NCBI RefSeq assembly: GCF_000015225.1
Contig: NC_008698.1
Location: 30,001 to 62,000 of the forward strand
Source of the DNA: Thermofilum pendens Hrk 5
GTDB lineage: Archaea; Thermoproteota; Thermoprotei; Thermofilales; Thermofilaceae
Length of the DNA: 32,000 bases
Reading direction: 5' to 3'
Under the pieces are notes generated by a model that had not been told where the DNA came from, ran no database searches, and saw only the letters and a list, made by a program, of their open reading frames with translations. Of this stretch, positions 16,242-23,688 are shown one piece after another. Positions within the stretch are counted from its first letter, which is position 1; every line of letters begins with the position of its first letter. Position numbers and translations under genes: made by a program.

Positions 16242-17020
16242 TGCCTTCCAGGGAAAGGGCCGAAAAAATCCTTTTTCTACTCGGAGAACTGCTGTACGAG
16301 TCCCAGCGCGTACTGTCGTCGAGCCACGCCGTACTGGTGTTCGGAGCCCACAGGTTCGTCGTCCCGAAGGGGTGGGCGGACTCCTCACTGAGAAACCTGG
16401 AGCACGTCTTCGTCAAGCACGACTACGACAGGATCCCCGGGTTCACCCGGGTGCCGCGAGGCTCCACAGTCGTGGACCTCGGGGCATACGTGGGCTTCTT
16501 CAGCGTAAAGGTGCACTCCGAGAGCCCCGGCGCGAGGCTCGTAGCCGTCGAGGCGAACCCCCAGGCGTGCCGGTACCTCAGGCACAACCTGCGCATGAAC
16601 GGGGTACGCTCCGAGGCGTACTGCTTGGCCGTGGGGGAGAGCGACGGGGTTGGCAGGCTCTTCGTGGCGGAGGACCCTGTGAACTCCTCGCTACTGGAGG
16701 AATACTCTTCAAGCTTCTCCAGGGTTTCCGGAGTTGCACGGGTCGCCCAGCTCTCGCTGAGCAGCCTGTGGAGACGGCTCGACGTGGGACACGCGTCACT
16801 GTTGAAAGTCGACGTCGAGGGGGTCGAGGAACGCGTACTCAGAGCTTCCAGGGACGTTTTAACGCCGGGCTGCGTCGACAGGGTCGTCGTGGAGGTTCAC
16901 CCGCCGTACTCCTCCCCGTCCAGGGTCGTGGAGCTACTGGAGCGGGGGTTCCACGTGGCTACGTACTACGACTACGAGGCGCCGTTCCAGGTCTTCGTGT
17001 ACGGGTGGGCTAAGCGGTAA
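16238..17020 (+). CDS. FkbM-family SAM-dependent methyltransferase
   Basis: The 260-aa ORF has VVDLGAYVGFFSV...VAVEANP.ACRYLRHNLRMNG...LLKVDVEGVEERVL. The likely true start is the ATG at 16241, which overlaps the upstream TGA (TGATG). Confidence 0.75.
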   Translation: MMPSRERAEKILFLLGELLYESQRVLSSSHAVLVFGAHRFVVPKGWADSSLRNLEHVFVKHDYDRIPGFTRVPRGSTVVDLGAYVGFFSVKVHSESPGARLVAVEANPQACRYLRHNLRMNGVRSEAYCLAVGESDGVGRLFVAEDPVNSSLLEEYSSSFSRVSGVARVAQLSLSSLWRRLDVGHASLLKVDVEGVEERVLRASRDVLTPGCVDRVVVEVHPPYSSPSRVVELLERGFHVATYYDYEAPFQVFVYGWAKR

Positions 17021-17104
17021 ATTCTCCCAGCTCTTTGAGGGGCTATGAGAGCCTAGGAGAGGTGGCGGGGCGCGGTAAAGCCTATATCCCTCGCCCGCCC
17101 GTAC

Positions 17105-17818
17105 ATGACCATGCCTTACCACATAAAGGCTGAGCGCGTAGCTGGGAGAGTGCTCGTAGTCGGCGACCCCGGGAGGGCTAGGCTTGTCGCAGGGATGCTC
17201 GAAGATGCCCGCCTGGTGAACGAGAACAGAGGCCTCCTAGTCTACAACGGCTTCTGGAGGGGCGTCGAGGTGTCCGTGGCTACCCACGGCATGGGGGGTG
17301 CGGGCGCGGCGATAGTCTTCGAGGAGCTCTTACAGCTGGGGGGCAGGACCCTCGTGCGTCTCGGCACGACCGGAGCTATAAGGGGGGAGGTCGAGGTGGG
17401 AGACTTCGTGGTTCCTTCCTCGGCGTTCCACCACCCCGGAGGGCTCTTCCTGCAGTACTTCGGGGACATCTGTGTCTCCCCCTCGCCCGACTTAGAGCTC
17501 GCGTGGCTCCTCGCGAGCGAGGCTAGATCCGCGGGGCTGAAGGTGTGGACCGCCCCGGTCGTTAGTAGCGATGCTTTCTACGCGGAGACAGGCGAGGTCA
17601 TATCGAGGTGGGCTTCGTTCGGCGCCGTCAGTGTGGAGATGGAGTGCGCCACCCTCTTCGCCGTTACGCGCCTGAGGGGTGCGAGGAGCGCCGCCATACT
17701 CCTGGTTAACGGTAGCTTGGTGCAACCGGGCAAGAGAATGGTTTCCGAGAGCGAGCTGGAGGAAAGGCTCGTCAAGGGCGCCGAGGTAGCCCTAGACGTT
17801 CTCGCGAAGAGCCCGTAG
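17105..17818 (+). CDS. Second nucleoside phosphorylase, PNP/UDP family 1 (paralog of 15522-16241)
   Basis: The 237-aa ORF has VGDPGRA...NENRGLLVYNG.WRGVEVSVATHGMGGAGAAIVFEEL...LVRLGTTGA and VEMECATLF. It has its own TATA-like CCTATATCC about 25-33 nt upstream. Confidence 0.8.
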   Translation: MTMPYHIKAERVAGRVLVVGDPGRARLVAGMLEDARLVNENRGLLVYNGFWRGVEVSVATHGMGGAGAAIVFEELLQLGGRTLVRLGTTGAIRGEVEVGDFVVPSSAFHHPGGLFLQYFGDICVSPSPDLELAWLLASEARSAGLKVWTAPVVSSDAFYAETGEVISRWASFGAVSVEMECATLFAVTRLRGARSAAILLVNGSLVQPGKRMVSESELEERLVKGAEVALDVLAKSP

Positions 17819-17831
17819 CGGGTGGGAGCCC

Positions 17832-18263
17832 GTGGGCGTCTGCCCTAGGCGTCTAACGGAGTTCAACGTGGCGGGCAAGGAGATACGAGAGAAGAGGAAG
17901 CTCCTCGTGTACGGCTCCTGCCTGGCCTACGAGTATCCCGAGTTGCTCCGCGAGTACAGCGAGGGGCGCGTGGACCTAGCCGTTTGCCTAGAGGCTGAGC
18001 ACTTCAATGTCGTCGCGCTCAAGCTGGCATCGATGCTTGCCCGCGTGGACGTAGAGGAGGTCGTCGTACTCACCGTTGACGGCTCGCCTCACTGCGTTCA
18101 GCTACACCACGCTGTCGAGGAGGCGAAGAAGGTTACCGGTCGGAGCCCGAGGACTAGGCACTTGGTGATCGAAGAGGGAAAAGTCGTGGAGGTTGATGAA
18201 AAAGCCGTGAAGACGGCGCGGTACCTGTCTAGGGTTCAGAGGCTCCTCGATAAAAGCTTATAA
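17832..18263 (+). CDS. Hypothetical protein with five Cys
   Basis: The 143-aa ORF starts 13 nt after the phosphorylase stop and has five scattered Cys residues, including GSPHC. I recognise no family. Confidence 0.5.
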   Translation: MGVCPRRLTEFNVAGKEIREKRKLLVYGSCLAYEYPELLREYSEGRVDLAVCLEAEHFNVVALKLASMLARVDVEEVVVLTVDGSPHCVQLHHAVEEAKKVTGRSPRTRHLVIEEGKVVEVDEKAVKTARYLSRVQRLLDKSL

Positions 18264-18286
18264 GGAGCTAGGCTACACCTTACCTT

Positions 18287-18808
18287 GTGGCCGGAAAAGG
18301 AAGAGCGAGCCTATTCATAGCGCTTGCTTCTATACTCTCCGCCCTAACCGCCGTCCTAACGTACTTTCCCGGCTTAGCCCTCCCGTCCCCAACCGGCGGC
18401 TACACGCACGTTGGAGACACTATAATCTACGTCTCCGCGCTACTCTTCGGGCCGTGGATGGGGCTCGTGGTAGGGCTCGTTGGCCCCGTGATCGCCGATT
18501 TCCTCGTAGGCTACCCGAGGTGGTACGTGACGCTCGTAGCGCACGGGCTGCAGGGCTTCATAGCGGGTTACGGCGCCGGTAAGAAGTTCAAAACGCAGCT
18601 AGTGCTCATGGTAGCCGCCGGGCTTGTGATGTCGTTCACCTACTTCGTTGTGAACGTTTACGTCAAGGGGCTCGGGCCAGCGCTCGTATCGCTTGCCAGG
18701 GACATCTTCGGGCAAACCCTCGTTTCGATAGTACTCGCGTCGCTACTCCTTAAAGCCCTCGAGAAGGCTCCGGCGGTTAAGAGGGCCCAGGAGCTTCTCC
18801 GAAAGTAA
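18287..18808 (+). CDS. ECF-transporter S-component-like membrane protein
   Basis: The 173-aa ORF has about 5 TM segments and GGYTHVGDTIIYVSALLFGPWMGLVVGLVGPVIADFL, typical of ECF substrate-capture subunits. The substrate is unknown. Confidence 0.6.
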   Translation: MAGKGRASLFIALASILSALTAVLTYFPGLALPSPTGGYTHVGDTIIYVSALLFGPWMGLVVGLVGPVIADFLVGYPRWYVTLVAHGLQGFIAGYGAGKKFKTQLVLMVAAGLVMSFTYFVVNVYVKGLGPALVSLARDIFGQTLVSIVLASLLLKALEKAPAVKRAQELLRK

Positions 18809-18839
18809 ACTTTTTTCCTCCAAATACACACTGTACCTT

Positions 18840-19646
18840 GTGGGCGAGGATATCTGCTGGAGCGGTAGCCCTTCTCCGGCCTCCTACCTGGGATCCTACC
18901 TCAGAGGGTTGGTACCTACTGTCGCCGTGGCGGCCCTGGAGTCCTCCGCGGGGCTCCTCCCACCGGTACTCGCCGGGCTCTCGAGCAGCCTTGCGTTTGT
19001 ACTGAAGTGGGCTTTGCCAGGGATGAGCCCGGTAGAGGGGCTTCTCTACGTTTTGGGCGCCTTGCTCGCGATCCTCGTAGCCCTCTTAGACTGGATAATT
19101 AACGTCAGGGTAGGGCTACTCGCGTTTAGTCTGGTGGCTTTCGTAGGCGTCGAGGCTTTAAGGGTTGTTCTCGGGTTGAGCCTAGGGCTTGGAGCGAGGC
19201 TGGCACTTCTATCCTTGTTCTCCGCGGGCTGGGTTCTTGCCGTAGACCTGCGGAGGAGGACTTACAGGTACTTCGTGGGGTACAGGAAGGTCGGGATTAC
19301 GGGCGGCCTTCTCAGGAGGGTTGAGCGGTACATTAGCGGAGACATGGTTAGCGACGTGATAGTGGTTAAGCCTCTCCTCGGGAGGCTCCTGGGCTTCGGG
19401 CACGTTGTCCCAGTAACTCCCAGTGGGCTTGGGCTGGGAGAGACTTTCAGCGTCGGCGCGGCTGGGGCGTCCGCGTTTAAAGGCTTAGCCGTGGGTGTCG
19501 GTGGGGGGAGGATTGTAAGGGATATTGCACCGAGGGAGTGGAACTGTCTCTACGGGGTGAAGAACCCCGACAGAGTTAGGGACCTAATACTGCTCGGGTG
19601 CGCGCCTCAGGGGAGAAGCGCCGGGGCAGCCGCCGCCGAGAGGTAG
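18840..19646 (+). CDS. Membrane protein with a bacterial-type PH (bPH_2/DUF304, YdbS/YdbT-like) domain
   Basis: The 268-aa ORF has an N-terminal TM region followed by RRRTYRYFVGYRKVGITGGLLRRVERYISGDMVSDVIVVKPLLGRLLGFGHV. Confidence 0.6.
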   Translation: MGEDICWSGSPSPASYLGSYLRGLVPTVAVAALESSAGLLPPVLAGLSSSLAFVLKWALPGMSPVEGLLYVLGALLAILVALLDWIINVRVGLLAFSLVAFVGVEALRVVLGLSLGLGARLALLSLFSAGWVLAVDLRRRTYRYFVGYRKVGITGGLLRRVERYISGDMVSDVIVVKPLLGRLLGFGHVVPVTPSGLGLGETFSVGAAGASAFKGLAVGVGGGRIVRDIAPREWNCLYGVKNPDRVRDLILLGCAPQGRSAGAAAAER

Positions 19647-20323
19647 GCGAGTGCGAATAAGAGGTCTCCTCTGCGGAAACGGGTTTTCTCGAGGTTCGTG
19701 CGCTCGGCGTACTTGCCGAAGCCGCGCGCCTGCATGGATAATGCTAGCGTGATCGAACGCCTAACGGCGAGGAAGAGTAGCGGGAACGCGTAGGACGCTA
19801 CGTACCTGTGGGGAGCCTTCCAGGAGAAGTACCCCTTTATCCTCCTGTAGGCAATCATGTTCTCTAGGTCTCTCCTTATGAGTGGCGCCATTCTGAGCGT
19901 GACGAAGGACATGAACGCGTACACGTAGGGTACACCCAGCTGCTCTGTGAGCGCCACGGTTAAGGCCTTCGGGGTCGTGGTGGCGACGAACGTCATCGAG
20001 TAGAGTATTATGATCGCTACGCGCGCCGTTAGCTGCAACGCGTTTCTAGCGGCGTCCCACGGGCTCATGGAGTAGTTGTAGATGTAGAGGGCGGTGTTCA
20101 CCCACGTGTAGCCCACGAGGGTCGAGAGGGCCGCCGCGAACTCCGCTTTCCCAACCTTCGGCCTCACGAGTGCTAGGAGGGTGGAGGACAGGAGGAGGTG
20201 GAGAAGCGCGTACTTCGGGTCTCCGAGCAGGGCTACCTGGAATATTCCCACGAGGAACAGCGCTAGCTTGGTCAGAGGGTTTAGGCTCGATAGGAAGTCC
20301 TTAGGGCTAGGCAACCTCGCCAT
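19607..20323 (-). CDS. ykoC: ECF transporter T component (CbiQ/EcfT; YkoC-like)
   Basis: The 238-aa polytopic ORF has an ...AYRRIKG... loop typical of the T component. It is the last gene of the E-D-C order. Confidence 0.75.
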   Translation of the reverse strand: MARLPSPKDFLSSLNPLTKLALFLVGIFQVALLGDPKYALLHLLLSSTLLALVRPKVGKAEFAAALSTLVGYTWVNTALYIYNYSMSPWDAARNALQLTARVAIIILYSMTFVATTTPKALTVALTEQLGVPYVYAFMSFVTLRMAPLIRRDLENMIAYRRIKGYFSWKAPHRYVASYAFPLLFLAVRRSITLALSMQARGFGKYAERTNLEKTRFRRGDLLFALAYLSAAAAPALLP

Positions 20324-21893
20324 AGTTCCTCAACCTCTCAGCGTACTCTTGCACGGCTATCCTAGCCTCTTCAATGTTCGCGAGACCCTTAAGGGGGGCT
20401 GGCGGCTCGAAGTTGAGGTATTTCCAGACGTCGCTCTTAGTCAGTAGCTCGGGAAGCTCCCCTTCGAAGACTATCCTTCCATGTGACAGGCCGTAGACTT
20501 TGGGGCTGAGCAGGGGCAGTATCCAGGAGTCGTGCGTAACCACGACGACGGCTTTTCCGGAGGATGCGAGCTCCGCGATACTCCTAGCTACGGTTAGGCT
20601 GTACTTGAAGTCGAGCCCAAAGGTCGGCTCGTCGAGCAGGTAGACTGGCTTGTCCAGCATGTACATCTCCACGAAGGATACGAGCCTCTTCTCGCCCTGG
20701 CTCAGCTCGTAGACAACCCTGTCGGAGAGGTGCCCGAGCCCTCTCGCTTCAAGCACTCTTCGGGCTCTTCTCAGCCTCTCCTCCCGCCTGGAACCTCCGA
20801 GCACGCTGGCAACCTCCTCCACAACCGTTCTCTCCGTGAACTGGTGGTCCGGTATCTGCGCGACGAAAGCCACGAGCCTCGGCGAGGGTCTTCCTCCGGC
20901 TACCCTCACCTCGCCGCTACTCGGCCTTACAAGCCCGGCTATTGCCTTCAGGAGGGTTGTCTTCCCGCTCCCGTTCGGCCCTATGACAAGCGTTACCTCG
21001 CCTCTCCTCGCCCGCAACGATACATCCCTCAGTATGACCTCGGGGCCTGCCCTCACTTCTAGGGATGAAACGTCTACCAGCGGTTCGCGGTTCTCCCTAG
21101 GTGTACCAGCTGTGCGGGGGTTTGCGGGGTTTTTCCGCGGGAGGTACTCGGGCGGTATCCAAACGCCCGCGTCTACAAGCTTCTCGGCGCCGACTTTTTC
21201 CACGAGTTCTCCGATGCTCCTGGCTAGGACGCCTCTGCCGTCCTCCAGGTAGAGTACCTTGTCTGCTATTCCCGCTACGTACTCCACCCTGTGCTCTACG
21301 AGTATGAAGGTCTTCCCCTCGTCCTTCAGCCGCTTAACGAGCGCGTATATCTCCTTGGCTGTTCGCGGATCTATATGCGCCGTGGGCTCGTCGAGCAGGA
21401 ACACCTCGGGATCCATGGCCAGGACGCTTGCTAGCGCTAACTTCTGCTTTAGGCCCGTGGAGAGCGTGTCCACCTCGCTACGCGCATAGCGCTTAAGAGA
21501 CACCAAGTCGAGTAGCTCGCCTACCCTCGCCACGATGCGCTCTGGGGGCTCGAGGAGGTTCTCCATGGGGAATGCTACTTCCTCGAAAACCGTCGGCATG
21601 ACAACTTGGGCTTCAGGGTCCTGGAAGAGAAGCCCCACTTTCCCAGCCATCCCGAGGAGCCCCTCCTCGACGGGGTTTTTACCCCCCACGCTTAGCTCGC
21701 CGCTGACGCTAGCCGGGATCACCTGCGGTATTGCCCCGGCTAGCGTGAGTAGAAGCGTGCTCTTCCCGCTACCCGTGGGTCCCAGCAGTAAGAGGCACTC
21801 CCCGCGGTCAAGCTGGAACGAGACGCCCTTCAAAACCTGTAAGCCGGACGAATGGTAAAAAACAGATAAATTATTGACTAGTACTTCCGCCAA
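20307..21893 (-). CDS. ykoD: Fused duplicated ECF/ABC ATPase (YkoD-like)
   Basis: The 528-aa ORF has two Walker A motifs (GPTGSGKST, GPNGSGKTT), two LSTG/LSQGEKR signature motifs and two Walker B motifs (LLDEPT). Confidence 0.88.
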   Translation of the reverse strand: MAEVLVNNLSVFYHSSGLQVLKGVSFQLDRGECLLLLGPTGSGKSTLLLTLAGAIPQVIPASVSGELSVGGKNPVEEGLLGMAGKVGLLFQDPEAQVVMPTVFEEVAFPMENLLEPPERIVARVGELLDLVSLKRYARSEVDTLSTGLKQKLALASVLAMDPEVFLLDEPTAHIDPRTAKEIYALVKRLKDEGKTFILVEHRVEYVAGIADKVLYLEDGRGVLARSIGELVEKVGAEKLVDAGVWIPPEYLPRKNPANPRTAGTPRENREPLVDVSSLEVRAGPEVILRDVSLRARRGEVTLVIGPNGSGKTTLLKAIAGLVRPSSGEVRVAGGRPSPRLVAFVAQIPDHQFTERTVVEEVASVLGGSRREERLRRARRVLEARGLGHLSDRVVYELSQGEKRLVSFVEMYMLDKPVYLLDEPTFGLDFKYSLTVARSIAELASSGKAVVVVTHDSWILPLLSPKVYGLSHGRIVFEGELPELLTKSDVWKYLNFEPPAPLKGLANIEEARIAVQEYAERLRNYGEVA

Positions 21894-22473
21894 TCTTTTT
21901 CACCGATTTTCCGACGGCGAAGTAGTCTAGCAGCGAAGAGCTCTTTGCAACGTAGTCTATCAAAGCTTTAACGAGTACCCCGGCGATCAAGGCTCCGCTC
22001 ACGAAGTAGAGGCTCCAGAAAACTACCCTTTGGCCGGGAGACAGGGGGTTGGTTATACCGTAGAGCACGGTGTCCGCGGGGGCAGCCCACAGCGCGGGCG
22101 CCGCTCCTGCGAGAGCCATTGTCGCCCAGTCCCACCTCTTGTACCTAGTGGCGAAGAATACGAGCTCGGACATGAGCCCCTGCATGAAGCCGTAGAGTAG
22201 AACCGTGGAGGCGAACTGAGACCCGTAGAATAGCTCTAGCACGGCTGCCAGGAACTCGCCGAGAAGAGCTACTAGCGGTTTTCTCACGATGTAGGCAGGC
22301 ACGGTTGCCCCTATGAACCACATCCCGTAGATAATCGGTGTAAGCGTAAGCCCGAGAACCAGCTTCGATGCACCCCAGACTACGTTAGACCATACAAGGA
22401 ACACAGCCCCTATGATTGCCGATAGAACGGCTGTTAGCACCAGTTCTTCTACTCTGAGTTTTTCTTCCCTCAT
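21871..22473 (-). CDS. ykoE: YkoE-like substrate-specific membrane component (thiamine/HMP-related ECF module)
   Basis: The 200-aa ORF has GMWFIGATVPAYIVRKPLVALLGEFLAAVLELFYGSQ...GFMQGLMSELVFFATRYKRW, which matches my recollection of YkoE (COG4721). Confidence 0.7.
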   Translation of the reverse strand: MREEKLRVEELVLTAVLSAIIGAVFLVWSNVVWGASKLVLGLTLTPIIYGMWFIGATVPAYIVRKPLVALLGEFLAAVLELFYGSQFASTVLLYGFMQGLMSELVFFATRYKRWDWATMALAGAAPALWAAPADTVLYGITNPLSPGQRVVFWSLYFVSGALIAGVLVKALIDYVAKSSSLLDYFAVGKSVKKIGGSTSQ

Positions 22474-22488
22474 CGCGTTGAAAACTAC

Positions 22489-22501
22489 AAAACCTGGTTA
22501 T
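22489..22501. promoter_or_regulatory. Operator-like palindrome, site 1: AAAAC-CTG-GTTAT
   Basis: It overlaps the ykoE-side TATA (AAATTTATAACC on the minus strand, 22497-22508), which is centred about 30 nt upstream of the minus-strand ATG at 22473. Confidence 0.55.
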
Positions 22502-22542
22502 AAATTTTCCCGTAGCCTTAAGGTTAAGCACAATTATTTTAT

Positions 22543-22555
22543 ATAACTCGGTTAT
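22543..22555. promoter_or_regulatory. Operator-like palindrome, site 2: ATAAC-TCG-GTTAT (perfect)
   Basis: It is a perfect palindrome with 5-bp arms and a 3-bp spacer, and has the same half-sites as sites 1, 3 and 4. Confidence 0.55.
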
Positions 22556-22573
22556 GAGGAAGAATCTTTCAAT

Positions 22574-22586
22574 TTAACCAAGTTAT
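22574..22586. promoter_or_regulatory. Operator-like palindrome, site 3: TTAAC-CAA-GTTAT
   Basis: It has one mismatch to the ATAAC-N3-GTTAT consensus. Confidence 0.5.
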
Positions 22587-22622
22587 ATCCTCTAGCGGTT
22601 AATGCATTCAAAGGATATGTTT

Positions 22623-22635
22623 ATAATTCGGTTAT
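22623..22635. promoter_or_regulatory. Operator-like palindrome, site 4: ATAAT-TCG-GTTAT
   Basis: It overlaps the thiR-side TATA (GTTTATAATT, 22619-22628), which lies about 30 nt upstream of the ATG at 22657. Confidence 0.55.
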
Positions 22636-22656
22636 CTACAAGTAGAGCTGGGGGTA

Positions 22657-23619
22657 ATGTTCCCGGAGACCGTCGCTTCCAGCGTGTTCGTCCCGTACCT
22701 CAGGAGGGTTCTCGTCTCAGAGCTACGCAAGCTGAACATGTCTCAAACGGATATAGCTCGGCTCACTGGGGTTACTCAGGCTGCTGTCAGCAAGATTCTC
22801 CGAGAAAAGCAAGGATCCAGGTACGGTAGTACGGGGCTGGACGTCCCGGAGAACGAGATAAGGGTCGTTGCCAGGAAGATAGCCAAGATTCTAAGCCAAG
22901 GGAACATAAACGAGGCTGGCTTCCTGTCTAACAGGTACTGGTGGTTGATAGCGGCTTCCGGGGATGCCTGCAAGGCCCATGAGAAGTACGGCTGGAGAAA
23001 AAGTGAGTGCTACATATGTACTAAGGTTGTCTACCCGAATCTCGATGTAAGCAGGGGGCTTGTAATGGCGGACATGGAGCGGGCCTTGATCGTCCTGTGG
23101 TCCTCCGAGTACTTCGGTTTGCTCATCCCGGAGGTTTTGACGAACATAGCGATGGCTATTCCAGGGGCGAAGAGCATTTACGACGTAGCGGCTGTCCCCG
23201 GGCGTATTTCCAGGTCGAAGAGCGGCGAGATACTCTACAGGCAACCGGAGTTCGGCGCCAGCAGACATTTGAGCGGGATACTCTTGTCGATAAACGGAAA
23301 GTACCGGGCGGTGATAAACATCAAGTACGACGAGATAGTCGAGGAGGCACTGGTAAGCATGGGTCTACGCTTCAAGGAGTTTAGTAGCGAGGACTACCCC
23401 TCGGCTAACCCAGCAGCCTCCGCAGCCGCCGAACTCCTAGAGGAGTGCCCCGACTGTAAGGCACTCGTAGACGTCGGCGGGGAGAACGTGGAGAGCGTAA
23501 CGTACATCTTTGGTAACAGGGCTGTCGAGGTAGCTAATATCGCCGTTTCTCTAAGCGAGATATACTACGCTGTTGCCGTGAAGAAAGGCAAAATTATATA
23601 TAGTATTGAGACTTTGTAG
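22657..23619 (+). CDS. thiR: ThiR-like transcriptional regulator (N-terminal HTH fused to a ThiN-type thiamine-phosphate-synthase-like domain; COG1992 architecture)
   Basis: The 320-aa ORF has the HTH LNMSQTDIARLTGVTQAAVSKIL. The C-terminal half has IPEVLTNIAMAIPGA...DVAAVPGRISRS...FGASRHLSGILL, which matches my recollection of ThiN domains. It lies divergent to the ykoEDC operon. Confidence 0.7.
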   Translation: MFPETVASSVFVPYLRRVLVSELRKLNMSQTDIARLTGVTQAAVSKILREKQGSRYGSTGLDVPENEIRVVARKIAKILSQGNINEAGFLSNRYWWLIAASGDACKAHEKYGWRKSECYICTKVVYPNLDVSRGLVMADMERALIVLWSSEYFGLLIPEVLTNIAMAIPGAKSIYDVAAVPGRISRSKSGEILYRQPEFGASRHLSGILLSINGKYRAVINIKYDEIVEEALVSMGLRFKEFSSEDYPSANPAASAAAELLEECPDCKALVDVGGENVESVTYIFGNRAVEVANIAVSLSEIYYAVAVKKGKIIYSIETL

Positions 23620-23647
23620 ACTAAGTTCTCCCCGTTTATTCGACAAG

Positions 23648-23663
23648 CAAGTATTAATACTTG
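23648..23663. promoter_or_regulatory. Perfect 16-bp palindrome CAAGTATTAATACTTG in the TrmB-family gene promoter
   Basis: It is centred about 33 nt upstream of the ATG at 23689. Its A/T core TATTAATA coincides with the expected TATA position. Confidence 0.5.
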
Positions 23664-23688
23664 GTCGTAATTTACTCTCTGGCTCGTT

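Noticed and set aside
16372-17013. 213-aa Arg/Gly/Pro-rich ORF overlapping the FkbM gene in another frame
   Set aside because: Its low-complexity composition is typical of an off-frame translation of GC-rich coding DNA, and the FkbM frame has clear family motifs. The same reasoning applies to the other long shadow ORFs: 14876-15562, 10981-11457, 11554-12252, 30015-30599, 8467-8898, 20836-21252 and 12368-12835.
22474-22656. TPP riboswitch upstream of ykoE, as found in bacteria
   Set aside because: No conserved TPP-aptamer elements (for example a CTGAGA-type core with paired helices) are visible on the minus strand. The TATA-to-ATG spacing implies an essentially leaderless mRNA, and a protein regulator with a ThiN-like domain is adjacent.
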